Virus record (IMG/VR): IMGVR_UViG_3300028374_000796
Strand: one strand, 5' to 3'
Origin: a virus
DNA length: 64,000 nt
Positions 30,014 to 39,964 of the stretch are shown here, piece by piece. Position numbers and translations under genes: made by a program. The stretch's first letter is position 1. Each line of letters opens with the position of its first letter. Below the pieces are notes generated by a model. The model was not told where the DNA came from and did not search any database. It was given only the letters and a program-made list of their open reading frames with translations.

Positions 30014-30310
30014 ATGAGAAGTAGTATTATGACGACAAGCAGAGATCCGATAAAAGAATGCTTTAACGATAGCGCTGAATTTGGTCTTTTCAAAGATGGA
30101 GATCTGATTGTAAGTTCCAGTGATCCTGAAGAATTAGAAATGTATATCAGTGTCCGCAGTAAAATGCCTTTTCCTGTTCCAACCTTTACCATAGAGGAAT
30201 TAGAAACTTCTGAAAATGCGGTAGAAGAAGACTCTCAGGAACCTGATGTAGAAAAAGAAAAGGCTATCCTAGTAGATCCTGAGGAGGATAAGGAAGAAGA
30301 TAGTACTTGA
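30014..30310 (+). CDS. Small acidic hypothetical protein
   Basis: 98-aa ORF; its stop codon overlaps the -35 box of the next promoter. Confidence 0.65.
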   Translation: MRSSIMTTSRDPIKECFNDSAEFGLFKDGDLIVSSSDPEELEMYISVRSKMPFPVPTFTIEELETSENAVEEDSQEPDVEKEKAILVDPEEDKEEDST

Positions 30311-30335
30311 CATAGGAATAAATATCCTCTAATCT
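30307..30335 (+). promoter_or_regulatory. Sigma-70-type promoter for the tmRNA-like RNA
   Basis: TTGACA-N17-TAATCT. Confidence 0.75.
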
Positions 30336-30352
30336 TGGTTGGAAGTGACAAA

Positions 30353-30482
30353 GGGGGTGTACTGGTTTCGACTTGGATGTTGAGGCTAATGTAGCATTCA
30401 GGAGTTGATCGAACGGCTCCTTAAAAAATCGATCCGTTTATAATTGCATCAATCTTCGTTTCCTCCCTACCCGGGAGGATGA
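30353..30482 (+). ncRNA. ssrA: tmRNA 5' fragment (acceptor 5' strand, D-loop, helix 2 strand, pseudoknot 1, resume signal); no 3' half found
   Basis: GGGGGTGTACTGGTTTCGAC start; PK1 stems GGAG/CTCC (30401-4/30417-20) and GATCGA/TCGATC (30407-12/30429-34); ATAATT-GCA resume context at 30446; then hairpin TCCTCCC/GGGAGGA. Confidence 0.75.
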
Positions 30483-30484
30483 TT

Positions 30485-32179
30485 CTACCTGTTCAAAAAC
30501 CAGTTTATAATAAACCAGACCTCATCCAACCCTAGGATGGGGTCTTTTATTAGGGGCCTATTATACCATGCTATTTGAAAATAAGAACTATCCCGACACT
30601 CTCCTATCTGTACGGGACCGTCTTTTTGTATTTCAAAGGTTCTTTCCACCTCCTCGGGTGGTGTTCCAAACTCCGTAACGACTTCACCACCTCCTTGAAG
30701 CGTCTTATACAGATCGATATCTGTAACTTCATCGGGAGAGGAGGAATACACCTCATTTATGATAGCGTCTAGGATAAACTCTCCTCCCACAGTCTGCCCT
30801 CTCAGTAGGATAGAAAAAGCATCGTTTCCGTCAAAAGCCTCCTTAAAAATAGCAGTACGGTGTTGGGATGTGCATCCATTTGTAGTGATTACAAGGTCTT
30901 TTTTGGACCGATCAGTTGGGGAAGTTCGGATCCTCATTACAAGTCCGTTATTCCCTGCCTTGAAGATCTTGCAATTGCCTTTTATCCTACCTGATATAAA
31001 TATTGTATATTCTGAATTTGCTAAGAGAGACCCTAAAGGAGCAGTAGAACCAATCCCATCTTTTGGATATTGTAGTGCAGGGCCTCCTCCATAATAATCT
31101 TTTCTATACTTGGGCCTCAACTCCAAATCTACATGAGAAGAAAAATCTCTATTGCTATCTGAATTGGAAGCTATTCCTTTCCATGTGGGAACTCGATCGC
31201 AGTCGTCAAAATTTTCCTCAGAAGGGTTTGTGGCGGTGTGCCAAGAGATAACTCCCAGAAGATCTCCAGGATCGTGAGTAGGAATAGCTGTACTCGACGA
31301 CAAGCTCTTTGATGTCTGCGCACCTGTTCTGATAACTCTTCCTACAGACTCCGTATCTGAAAGGCTCTGAAGAGTTGAGGAAGACCGAAATTTACCCTCC
31401 AAATTAGATGCTATTTGTCTTAGTTCATATTGATATGGCTTTTTCCTGAGAATTAACATATCTGCAATGTCAGCATCAAGCAATCCATGCCTATCGTGAT
31501 ACCCTAATTGGACCAGACCCGCAGTATTTAATTTTAAGGAAGACCCTGATACCAAATAAGGGGCATGAGCTTTTAAATCAAAATAAGCCTTTTCATTTAA
31601 ATTAGGACCAAACGAAAATGAATAGAGTTTCCATTCTCCAACCTGAGCCTCAGTTCGGTAGCGGGCACTTCCTTCCCCGGACCTTAATTGTAATTCTACC
31701 ATATCTCCATTTAGAAAAAGATCTGCGGACGCCGTCCCCACTCGAAAAAGAGTTCCTATCCTTATTGGAATCCTAAGTTGATCATTTATGGGATAGGGAC
31801 GAATACGTACTAGAGCCAGAACTGTTATACTAGTAGTGGAATTCTTAACGTGCCTAGCATCTATAATTTCATTGGAGGATAAAAAGTCACCCCTTTCAGA
31901 ATCGAATTCTAAATAGGACAATGCTTTATGATAATCTCGAAGAAGCCGTGGACCGGGATTTATGAAGGATGTTAGAGCTAAAGGACCTTCAAAAATTTCG
32001 GAATCTATATGTCCGAAATTCTTTTCTACCTCATTTACATTATATCGTGCTAGCATATTTCCTGAATATGTGGTAGATATAGTAGTAGAAATAGATCTTG
32101 TGGAGACTGAAACAACCGATCCAAAGTTTTCAGAAGAGGAGATCGAGATTAATTGGGATTTACCTGTAACATTTGCCAT
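30485..32179 (-). CDS. Beta-rich protein with a probable LamG/concanavalin-like domain (possibly structural or receptor-binding)
   Basis: 564 aa; WKLYSFSF, LVQLG...ADIADMLILRK..YQYEL pattern resembles LamG domains. Confidence 0.6.
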   Translation of the reverse strand: MANVTGKSQLISISSSENFGSVVSVSTRSISTTISTTYSGNMLARYNVNEVEKNFGHIDSEIFEGPLALTSFINPGPRLLRDYHKALSYLEFDSERGDFLSSNEIIDARHVKNSTTSITVLALVRIRPYPINDQLRIPIRIGTLFRVGTASADLFLNGDMVELQLRSGEGSARYRTEAQVGEWKLYSFSFGPNLNEKAYFDLKAHAPYLVSGSSLKLNTAGLVQLGYHDRHGLLDADIADMLILRKKPYQYELRQIASNLEGKFRSSSTLQSLSDTESVGRVIRTGAQTSKSLSSSTAIPTHDPGDLLGVISWHTATNPSEENFDDCDRVPTWKGIASNSDSNRDFSSHVDLELRPKYRKDYYGGGPALQYPKDGIGSTAPLGSLLANSEYTIFISGRIKGNCKIFKAGNNGLVMRIRTSPTDRSKKDLVITTNGCTSQHRTAIFKEAFDGNDAFSILLRGQTVGGEFILDAIINEVYSSSPDEVTDIDLYKTLQGGGEVVTEFGTPPEEVERTFEIQKDGPVQIGECRDSSYFQIAWYNRPLIKDPILGLDEVWFIINWFLNR

Positions 32180-32293
32180 GATGAAAGATCCTTATAAAAT
32201 GACTTGCAAATGATAAAATTCTAGGATATGGTACCAGAATCAGAATAATACTTCCTTTACTTATAGGAAGAGACCTGGAATTAAATAATAACG

Positions 32294-33607
32294 TTGGAGA
32301 AGTTAATGAAGTGGAGTATTGCTCTTAGTCAGTATTTGGGATCGAAAGCTGTGGTAGACAAGATCAATCTGCCTCAGAAGTATTATAATATGGTCGATTC
32401 CTCTCTAAAGGAGTTGGAAAAATGGTCCACTACATTCAAAGGTCTGGAGGTCGATAAACCACACACTTATTTCCAGACAGGATTAAATGTGATGAGGAAG
32501 ATCTCCGTTCCCGAGGAAGAGATCAAAGTCCATACTAAAAGTCTAATTGTCCGGTATGCAGAGAAAAAAGACTTTGTACGTCTGGAAAACTGCAATACTT
32601 TTTTATACTATCAGGATATCATCCGGCGTAATTATAAAAAAGCGGTCCCTATTATTGAGGGAGACAAGGGAGTTTTCCAGGTAATCCCCATGGACAGCGG
32701 AGAAAATTTCCATTTCTATGAACTGAATAAGAAAGACTCCGAAATGGAATACCTTCCTTTTCTTCCAGATATGACAAAAAAACCCAACCGAAGGCTCGCA
32801 GTAGAAAAGTCACTTGCCTCTTTATATTGGGAAAATAGACAGATCCTCAAACTTGATTTGAGAAATGATGTCATTGAATTCGATGATGTAGACCACATTG
32901 ATAGGAAATATGAAGGGGAACTCACCAGCGTTTCGGGTAATCTGCTTAGGTGTAGAGACAATGGGATACGGAGGGCTATGCTGTTCCAGGGACCTCCTGG
33001 AACGGGCAAGAGTACGCTGGTAGGAAACATTGCAGAGGTAATTTCAAAAAGAACAGTGATTCTTACGCATTCCTTTATGGAATGGGTTAATGAGCACCAA
33101 TGGGATACTCTTCTACGGATTCTTCAACCCGAGATGATTATCGTTGATGACATTGATCGCATTTCAAGGGTTATGGAACGGAAGTTGTCTCTTTTCGAGG
33201 ATCATTACTGTAAAGTTCCTTTCATTCTTATGACTTCGAATCATTATAATTTGCTGCCCGATGCTTTTAAACGGCCCGGAAGAATTGATGAGATCATTGA
33301 AATGCAAAATCCGGTTCGGAAAATTAGATACGAGGTTATCCGTTCGATCGCAATGCAGGAGAATATGGAAGTTCCAGATAATCGAATGTCTATTCTTGAT
33401 GAAATTCACGAAGAATATGCAGGTGCTTATATCGTAGAGCTTTTGCGTAGAGTAAAAGCTTATGGGTGGGACTATCAAATCCCCGCATATGACTTAACTT
33501 TCCGGGAATTAAAAGAAGAAACCCGCGAAAAATGGAATCGGGGTCCAACAACGGTAAAGATCGATTCGGATGATGACGAACTAGAGGGAGTTGAGGAGAC
33601 AGTATGA
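32294..33607 (+). CDS. Classical-clade AAA+ ATPase, paralog 1
   Basis: FQGPPGTGKS, IIVDDID, MTSNH, AFKRPGRID. Confidence 0.92.
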   Translation: MEKLMKWSIALSQYLGSKAVVDKINLPQKYYNMVDSSLKELEKWSTTFKGLEVDKPHTYFQTGLNVMRKISVPEEEIKVHTKSLIVRYAEKKDFVRLENCNTFLYYQDIIRRNYKKAVPIIEGDKGVFQVIPMDSGENFHFYELNKKDSEMEYLPFLPDMTKKPNRRLAVEKSLASLYWENRQILKLDLRNDVIEFDDVDHIDRKYEGELTSVSGNLLRCRDNGIRRAMLFQGPPGTGKSTLVGNIAEVISKRTVILTHSFMEWVNEHQWDTLLRILQPEMIIVDDIDRISRVMERKLSLFEDHYCKVPFILMTSNHYNLLPDAFKRPGRIDEIIEMQNPVRKIRYEVIRSIAMQENMEVPDNRMSILDEIHEEYAGAYIVELLRRVKAYGWDYQIPAYDLTFRELKEETREKWNRGPTTVKIDSDDDELEGVEETV

Positions 33608-34965
33608 GTTATTGGACATCATTTATAGGATGTATAGTTGCGTCAAAAGTGTTAGTAGACGAAACCAAAATTCCATATCAGTTTTATGAAGCCCTTAAAC
33701 CTACTGTTTCTGAGATCGAGTCGTGGTCTCAGACTTTTGGTTCCCTTGAAATAGATAAACCTCACACCTGGGTCAAAACGGGTATGAAAGTGTTAGAAAG
33801 AGTCTCACATGTTCGGGATCCTTATAGTAAAATATCAACCGATTTGATTTCAGAGTCCATGCGTAGATTAGAACATGGATACATAAATTTTGAGGCGGTA
33901 TCCGATATCATTAGGGAAGCCGTTTTGGAGGCAGACATTAAGTTGATTTTTGAAGACAAACCCTACCGTCTTTACCATGTGGCTCTTCCTAATAAAACTT
34001 CCATGTTTATGAGAACTAGTTGGTCTTATAAAGAATATATGACCAATAAAAAAGATACTACGGGATTGGAATGTAAATTTTTTCTTCCTTCTAATATCAA
34101 GAAACTTAAACCGGTGTTAGAAGGAATTGGAGATTTGTTCTGGGAGACTAGAAAGCATCTAGTTTTAGATAAGGTGTCCAGTTACAAAGAGATCTCTTAT
34201 AAACCTCTTGAAGTAGAAAATAGAGGATATGACGGCGACGCTTTCGACTACATAGAAGAATGGAAAACTTTTAGGGAAGCTGGGGTTCGCAGGTGTGTAC
34301 TACTTCAAGGCGATCCAGGGACAGGTAAAAGTACGCTGGCCCGTGACGCTGCAGCACAGCTCTCTAAAAGAACCCTTCACCTTACCTCAGATTTCTTACT
34401 AAACATCGCACGAGATGAATGGAGCATTCTAAACCGAACGTTACGTCCTGACGTGATCGTAGCAGATGATATTGACCGCATCAGTCATGACCACCTTGCT
34501 AATCGACTTCATCTATTTGAAGATGCCTATCATCAAGTTCCCTTGACTATTTTCACTGCTAACCACTATACTAACCTTCCTGACGCTTTTCTAAGACCGG
34601 GAAGGATCGACCAAATATTAGAGCTAGATGGCCCCGATGATAGCAGAAAAGCGGAAATATTGAAATCCTTAGCAGCAAAAGAAGGAGTTTTAGATATCCC
34701 TAAAGAGAAGATGAAAATACTTCTCAGGGTGTATCAGAATTACTCCGGTGCTTATGTGGTAGAATATCTTAGAAGAGTTAAGGTCCTCGGTTGGGATTAT
34801 CAGATCCCTAAAAAGGACTTGACATTTCAGAAGATCTATGGTTTTGAAAATGATTTAGAAAACGAAACTTCGCAGGAGAACCTCGTATCTTTTAGGGTTC
34901 ATTCTGAAGAAGATCGAGACTCAGGACGGAAAACTCTAAATATCAACCCGGTCACACTAAATTAA
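33604..34965 (+). CDS. Classical-clade AAA+ ATPase, paralog 2
   Basis: LQGDPGTGKS, IVADDID, FTANH, AFLRPGRID. Confidence 0.92.
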   Translation: MSYWTSFIGCIVASKVLVDETKIPYQFYEALKPTVSEIESWSQTFGSLEIDKPHTWVKTGMKVLERVSHVRDPYSKISTDLISESMRRLEHGYINFEAVSDIIREAVLEADIKLIFEDKPYRLYHVALPNKTSMFMRTSWSYKEYMTNKKDTTGLECKFFLPSNIKKLKPVLEGIGDLFWETRKHLVLDKVSSYKEISYKPLEVENRGYDGDAFDYIEEWKTFREAGVRRCVLLQGDPGTGKSTLARDAAAQLSKRTLHLTSDFLLNIARDEWSILNRTLRPDVIVADDIDRISHDHLANRLHLFEDAYHQVPLTIFTANHYTNLPDAFLRPGRIDQILELDGPDDSRKAEILKSLAAKEGVLDIPKEKMKILLRVYQNYSGAYVVEYLRRVKVLGWDYQIPKKDLTFQKIYGFENDLENETSQENLVSFRVHSEEDRDSGRKTLNINPVTLN

Positions 34966-34968
34966 ACC

Positions 34969-35748
34969 TTGACAGAAAAAAGGATGTATGATATGTCGAG
35001 CCAAACTGAAGATGAAATTTTAGAGTTTTACCAAAGAAGGAACGAACTGCAACATGAGGTTATATTAGCAGTTCAAAATGGGGATCCCTTAGCTTATATT
35101 AATGTTTTTTCGGATAAAGTCCCAGAGATCGTTGAAATTGATAAACAGATCTTTGCCTGGGAAAATCAAGGCAATACCTTGAAAGACTTGATTACTAAGG
35201 TCAGTCTAGTATCCTCTAGTTCTAATACCGAGTTTGATGATTATGAAGGTAATCTTTGTGTAGAACTTATGAATCGGGGTTTCCATTCTTTAACCCCAGA
35301 TAATAAAGATCGGAAACGAATTGAAGATATGCTGAAAAAAAGTAGTCCCGAAAGCGCTGCATCTCGAATGCAGCAGGCTACTTCTCATAAGGATAAACTT
35401 TTCCGAAGGGGAAAGGTGCTTATGGAAGTGGATAGACCAGATCTGGCCAAAGGTTTTTGGACTCAATTGGGAACTGCATTCGGAGTTCCAGCGCCCAAGG
35501 CGTGGGGAGGTTCCGGGGTATCTCCTACAGGTCCTAGTAGCGTAAAAATAAAATCAAAATCTGATTATTCAGATGATGAGAAAATTGATTTTTTCGATTC
35601 TATGATGGAAGAGGTAACTTTCAGGTTTCGGGAAGTGGTAGAAAGAGGGGATGAAATAGAACCCAAAGCAATTTCTACTTTCATTAGGGCCACAACTATG
35701 TTAGGGTCAGAAGCGTCTAAGATTATTAACGAAAAACTCAATTCGTGA
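34969..35748 (+). CDS. Hypothetical helical protein
   Basis: 259-aa ORF continuing the operon. Confidence 0.75.
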   Translation: MTEKRMYDMSSQTEDEILEFYQRRNELQHEVILAVQNGDPLAYINVFSDKVPEIVEIDKQIFAWENQGNTLKDLITKVSLVSSSSNTEFDDYEGNLCVELMNRGFHSLTPDNKDRKRIEDMLKKSSPESAASRMQQATSHKDKLFRRGKVLMEVDRPDLAKGFWTQLGTAFGVPAPKAWGGSGVSPTGPSSVKIKSKSDYSDDEKIDFFDSMMEEVTFRFREVVERGDEIEPKAISTFIRATTMLGSEASKIINEKLNS

Positions 35749-36449
35749 GAAATAAAATGAATAGCTGGAAAAACAAACTTAAAGATAGTCTTAAGAGCGG
35801 GTTGAATAAAGCAGTAGACCACGGTCTGGTTTCTACAGTTAATGCTGTAGGTTCTTTTAATGACAGACACCCCCAAGCAGGAAGAATTGCAGCACAGGCT
35901 GCGGGGTCAGTTGCTATTGCAGGACGCAAGGTAACTAAGGATCAGATTTTAGGTGCCATGGGAAAATGCGGCAAAAGTGGTGCGGTTGGGGCTGTCATCG
36001 ACGGTGCTCTAGGTGCGAGCCAAGCAGGAAAAATGTACTATAATGGGTTGATTGGGAAAGATATTGTGTTCAAACATATCGCCCAAGAGGCAGGATGTGG
36101 TCTTATTTCCTCTGCCGCAGGAACCGCAGGAACCGTAACTTTTACCTTGATAACCGGATCAATGGGACCCGCTGCTTTAATTACAGGAATGGGTGCTTCC
36201 ATAGGAACTCGATATATTTACCGTAATATAGTGGACACTGCCCTCCCTACCGTAGAAGATTTGGAAGAAGAAGAAAACGAAGACGATCTGAATGAGATCT
36301 TAGAGAAAATCGAGAACTCGTATCAGCGGCCTCCCTCATTAGATAATGATGATGATGATGATGATGAAAAAGAGGAAGTAGACGAAGCAGTAAGGGAAAA
36401 GGACGGGGCAGAAGCGACGATTAAGGGTATGATGTCCGAATCAGAATAA
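35745..36449 (+). CDS. Glycine-zipper-like membrane-interacting protein with acidic tail
   Basis: GAVGAVIDGALGASQAG and AAGTAGTV...MGPAALITGMGASIG. Confidence 0.7.
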   Translation: MRNKMNSWKNKLKDSLKSGLNKAVDHGLVSTVNAVGSFNDRHPQAGRIAAQAAGSVAIAGRKVTKDQILGAMGKCGKSGAVGAVIDGALGASQAGKMYYNGLIGKDIVFKHIAQEAGCGLISSAAGTAGTVTFTLITGSMGPAALITGMGASIGTRYIYRNIVDTALPTVEDLEEEENEDDLNEILEKIENSYQRPPSLDNDDDDDDEKEEVDEAVREKDGAEATIKGMMSESE

Positions 36450-36485
36450 TGTTTCAAAACTTTACACGAAAGGTCCTAAATATCC

Positions 36486-36513
36486 TTGACTCAGAAATAA
36501 TAGACCGTATTAT
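36486..36513 (+). promoter_or_regulatory. Sigma-70-type promoter upstream of the first GHKL gene
   Basis: TTGACT-N16-TATTAT. Confidence 0.55.
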
Positions 36514-36636
36514 TGATTTGCAACATGGAGATGAAAGGAAGTTGAGACTTCCGCTTAGTTTTTCTGTGAAAACAAACCTCACTTAATAAATGACTAAGCC
36601 TGAGCTTAGTCATGACTCTTCTAAAAAGGATACACC

Positions 36637-38901
36637 ATGAAGACTCGTGAGACTGTTAATCGTCTGTTAAAAGCCGAAAGTGAAGATGAAGTGTCGCAAA
36701 TTATCCAGTCTGTTCCTGAGATGCGCAATGAGGAAAACTGGAATCCCTATGGCAACGTCGAAAATAACTTCGGGGTCATCGCCAACCAACAAAGCGATGC
36801 GCTCTCTGCATTGGTGGAGAAATTTGTAAACACAACAGATGCTCTGATGATGCGCGTGTGCTATGAAAGGGGAATTCACCCGGAGAGTCCAGAAGCTCCA
36901 AAGTCTTTGCAGGAAGCCGCAGAATTTTTCTTTGGAGTTCCTAACGGGAGTCTGGCTAATGTTCCTGACCAGGAACGTCGAAGGGAATTGGCAGATAATG
37001 CCTTTCTGGTAGCCACTGGATCTCGTAGCAGGCCCACCTTGTCGATGATCGATAGAGGAGAGGGTCAGCATCCCCGAGACTTTGAAAGAACGTTTCTGAG
37101 CCTCCAGGCGTCCAATAAGCTTCGGATCCCTTTCGTACAGGGAAGGTTTAATATGGGAGGAACAGGCGCGCTTCCTTTCTGTGGACGTGAGGGGTATCAA
37201 TTGATCCTCTCTCGTAGACATCCTAATACGGTGCTGGAAGGCGAAGAGAACCGATGGGGCTGGACTCTGGTAAAACGACGACCCCCTGCCAAAGACGAAA
37301 GATCTCCCTCCTATGTGTATTTTCGACTGAATGGCGAGATCCCTTCTTTTAAGGCAGGGCCACTTCCTCTTATCCCCCAAGGGGAGGATCCACATGTTCG
37401 GGAGTTGGAAGGAGGATCCTATATCAAGATGTATGAATATAAGGTATCCCCTGCCACAATCGTAACTGCGGATCTTTATCGTCGATTGAATCTTAAGCTG
37501 TTCTACCTACCGGTCCCTATCACGATGTATGAAGCGAGGGATTATCAGTCGCATTCAAGGGCGGCTCTTCTGAGCGGACAACGAAATCGGATGGAAGATG
37601 TTCGTTTTCGTGAAGATGTTGTGGTACGTCCCGATTTTCCCATCGAGTCTCGCATTCAGATTCAGAAAGGAGAGTTCATCAACGTTAAGGCATGGCTTCT
37701 TAAAGAGGATGTGGTCACTTCTCGTTGGACCCGTCCCTCGGAAGCTATCTGTTTGACGGTGAATGGACAAACCCATGCCACCTATGATCGTCGTTTTTTC
37801 TCTCGCGATAGCGTCCAGAAGGACTATCTCAAAAATCATTTGATGGTTGAAGTGGATTGTTCGGATCTTTCTACGGATCTCATCAGTGATATTTTCATGG
37901 CCTCCAGAGATCGCATCCGAAACATCGAAGAGACTCACAAAATGGAGAAGGCTCTGGAGCGTATGTTTCGAGAAGATACGACGCTTCAAAAGTATGATAC
38001 CCTCTGGCGTGAAAAGAAGTTGCGGGAGCGAATGGACGAAGGAAAGTCTGCTATCGAGATCCTGAAAGGTTTCATGGAAGCAAGTCCCGAGATCGCTGCC
38101 CTCCTTGGAAAAGGAAATATGCTGGACATCCCTAAGGGAATGGAAACGGATGGCGTTACCCGCCCAGACGATCCCTTTCGGGGGGAGAAATTTCCCAGTC
38201 ACTTGACCCTGCGCAAGCCGGATAACGGGGTATTAGAAATCCCGGAAGGTAAATCTCGAAGCATCATTTATGAAACGGACGTCGAGAATTCCTATATGTC
38301 TCGACCTTTTAATCCTGGAACCCTTAATATTGTCAAAGGTTCCGATTGGGTCCAGACTTCCAGCCTTCGGAGTGGGAACCTTATTCTTAAAATTGTTCCA
38401 CCCAAAGGATCAGAAGTTGGAGATCACACCGAAGTTGTTATTCAACTATCCTCTCCACATGCGGGAGAAACTGGATATTTTGAACGGGCAGTCCAAATTG
38501 GAATTGTGGCGGTCATTGAGGATGAAGACAAAGAGCCGAAAGAACCCAAGGATCCCAAAGATAAATTGAACCTTCCCTTGATTACGGGTATTCGAGAAGA
38601 TGAGTGGGAGATGTTCGGGTGGGATGAATATTCGGTAGCTACTGTTAACACTTATGAGGGTGGGGCAGACATCTATGTCAACTTGGATAATAGGAATCTT
38701 CAACACACCCTCCGAAGTCGAGAATACGCGGGAAGGGAAGAACAGATCGAGAACCTATTCAAAATCGGAGTAGGACTCATCGCCTTCGGTTTGAAAAGCA
38801 GGGTAGGAGACGAGTTGCTGGAAGAGACGATGGAAAATGTTATGGCTACCATCGCATCCGTATGGCTCCCCACGGTCCTCAAACTTCGCCACCTGTTGTG
38901 A
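36637..38901 (+). CDS. GHKL (HSP90/MORC/sacsin-like) ATPase-domain protein, copy 1
   Basis: Bergerat-fold boxes LVEKFVNTTDA, IDRGEG, QGRFNMGGTG, GWT. Confidence 0.8.
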   Translation: MKTRETVNRLLKAESEDEVSQIIQSVPEMRNEENWNPYGNVENNFGVIANQQSDALSALVEKFVNTTDALMMRVCYERGIHPESPEAPKSLQEAAEFFFGVPNGSLANVPDQERRRELADNAFLVATGSRSRPTLSMIDRGEGQHPRDFERTFLSLQASNKLRIPFVQGRFNMGGTGALPFCGREGYQLILSRRHPNTVLEGEENRWGWTLVKRRPPAKDERSPSYVYFRLNGEIPSFKAGPLPLIPQGEDPHVRELEGGSYIKMYEYKVSPATIVTADLYRRLNLKLFYLPVPITMYEARDYQSHSRAALLSGQRNRMEDVRFREDVVVRPDFPIESRIQIQKGEFINVKAWLLKEDVVTSRWTRPSEAICLTVNGQTHATYDRRFFSRDSVQKDYLKNHLMVEVDCSDLSTDLISDIFMASRDRIRNIEETHKMEKALERMFREDTTLQKYDTLWREKKLRERMDEGKSAIEILKGFMEASPEIAALLGKGNMLDIPKGMETDGVTRPDDPFRGEKFPSHLTLRKPDNGVLEIPEGKSRSIIYETDVENSYMSRPFNPGTLNIVKGSDWVQTSSLRSGNLILKIVPPKGSEVGDHTEVVIQLSSPHAGETGYFERAVQIGIVAVIEDEDKEPKEPKDPKDKLNLPLITGIREDEWEMFGWDEYSVATVNTYEGGADIYVNLDNRNLQHTLRSREYAGREEQIENLFKIGVGLIAFGLKSRVGDELLEETMENVMATIASVWLPTVLKLRHLL

Positions 38902-38908
38902 GAATATT

Positions 38909-38945
38909 AAAAAGAGAGGGGGTTTCCCCTCTCCCTTTTTTATTT
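38909..38945 (+). terminator. Intrinsic terminator
   Basis: GAGAGGGG gttt CCCCTCTC followed by a T run. Confidence 0.8.
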
Positions 38946-39079
38946 TCACTTGCACTAACCCTCACAATATGTTATACTAATTAAGTTAGTAGGAGACAGT
39001 GGACGTCTAAAGATCCCTCCTAACTCTGAAGTAAAAGGCGTATTAGTGGCGTGAATAGTTTACGTCGTTATTTTAGTAA

Positions 39080-39598
39080 ATGGAGTGTTGTATGAAGTGT
39101 TGGGAGATGATTTTTGGAGAAAATTGTTGGGATCGTGATATTATCAACATCGTACAGAAAGAGCAGGTGCTAGATATCCCTAAATTGAGAATGAAAAATG
39201 CTTATGACCTGATAGCTATTATGAGGATTTTTCTCAAAATAGCAGTGAAGCATAAACTGGGATTTGATCGGTGGATTTTTCTTGTGGAGCCTGTGACTAA
39301 AGATCCCCGATCCTATCGCATGGAAGTGGAGTCTTATCGTAAGATCAAATTACTAGCAGGACCCAGGAAGTTGGTCAAGGCTTCAACACAGGTTCAGGCA
39401 AACCTACAGGATATCCCCCTTACCCTCCGGTCGAAAATAAAACAGGACGTGGTGAACAGTATTCACGCCTACGATCAGATCGATAGCCAAGAGATTTATT
39501 CCAACAGTTCTAAGGCCATTTTCCAGATCAAACCTCCGTCCCTAGTTAAGAGAGAACGGATCCTTCGACGCCGGAAACAAGAAGTAGGACCCTCATAA
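39080..39598 (+). CDS. Hypothetical protein
   Basis: 172-aa ORF; TTGCAC-N17-TATACT promoter-like sequence near 38950. Confidence 0.65.
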   Translation: MECCMKCWEMIFGENCWDRDIINIVQKEQVLDIPKLRMKNAYDLIAIMRIFLKIAVKHKLGFDRWIFLVEPVTKDPRSYRMEVESYRKIKLLAGPRKLVKASTQVQANLQDIPLTLRSKIKQDVVNSIHAYDQIDSQEIYSNSSKAIFQIKPPSLVKRERILRRRKQEVGPS

Positions 39599-39964
39599 AT
39601 GTGTTATACGATATTAGTGAAAAGTGCTGAGGAGGAGGAATACTACCATCTAATGCCGATGGAGTGGGTTCATCATGTTCAAATCCTCATAGATCTCGAA
39701 AGAGAATCTGCATCGTACCTGTCTGACTATGTCAAAAATATATTTGAAAAGTTTTTCCCTAATAAGTGGAAAGAGATAACTTTTTATACGGAATGGTCCT
39801 GGTCGGTATTGATAGTTGGATACGAAGGCACTAAGATATATCTACCCAAGGGAGTGCCTGAATGTGTTAGAACCTATGTCATTGCCTTGCTCTATATGTC
39901 CAAGGGTAGTGTAGCGGATTTTAATGAACTGTTAAAAAATGAGAGAGCGAATTTCGATGTATGA
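39599..39964 (+). CDS. Hypothetical protein, paralog of 39939-40385
   Basis: YHLMPMEWV and TYVIALLYMSKGSVADFNELL align with the neighbour. Confidence 0.7.
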   Translation: MCYTILVKSAEEEEYYHLMPMEWVHHVQILIDLERESASYLSDYVKNIFEKFFPNKWKEITFYTEWSWSVLIVGYEGTKIYLPKGVPECVRTYVIALLYMSKGSVADFNELLKNERANFDV

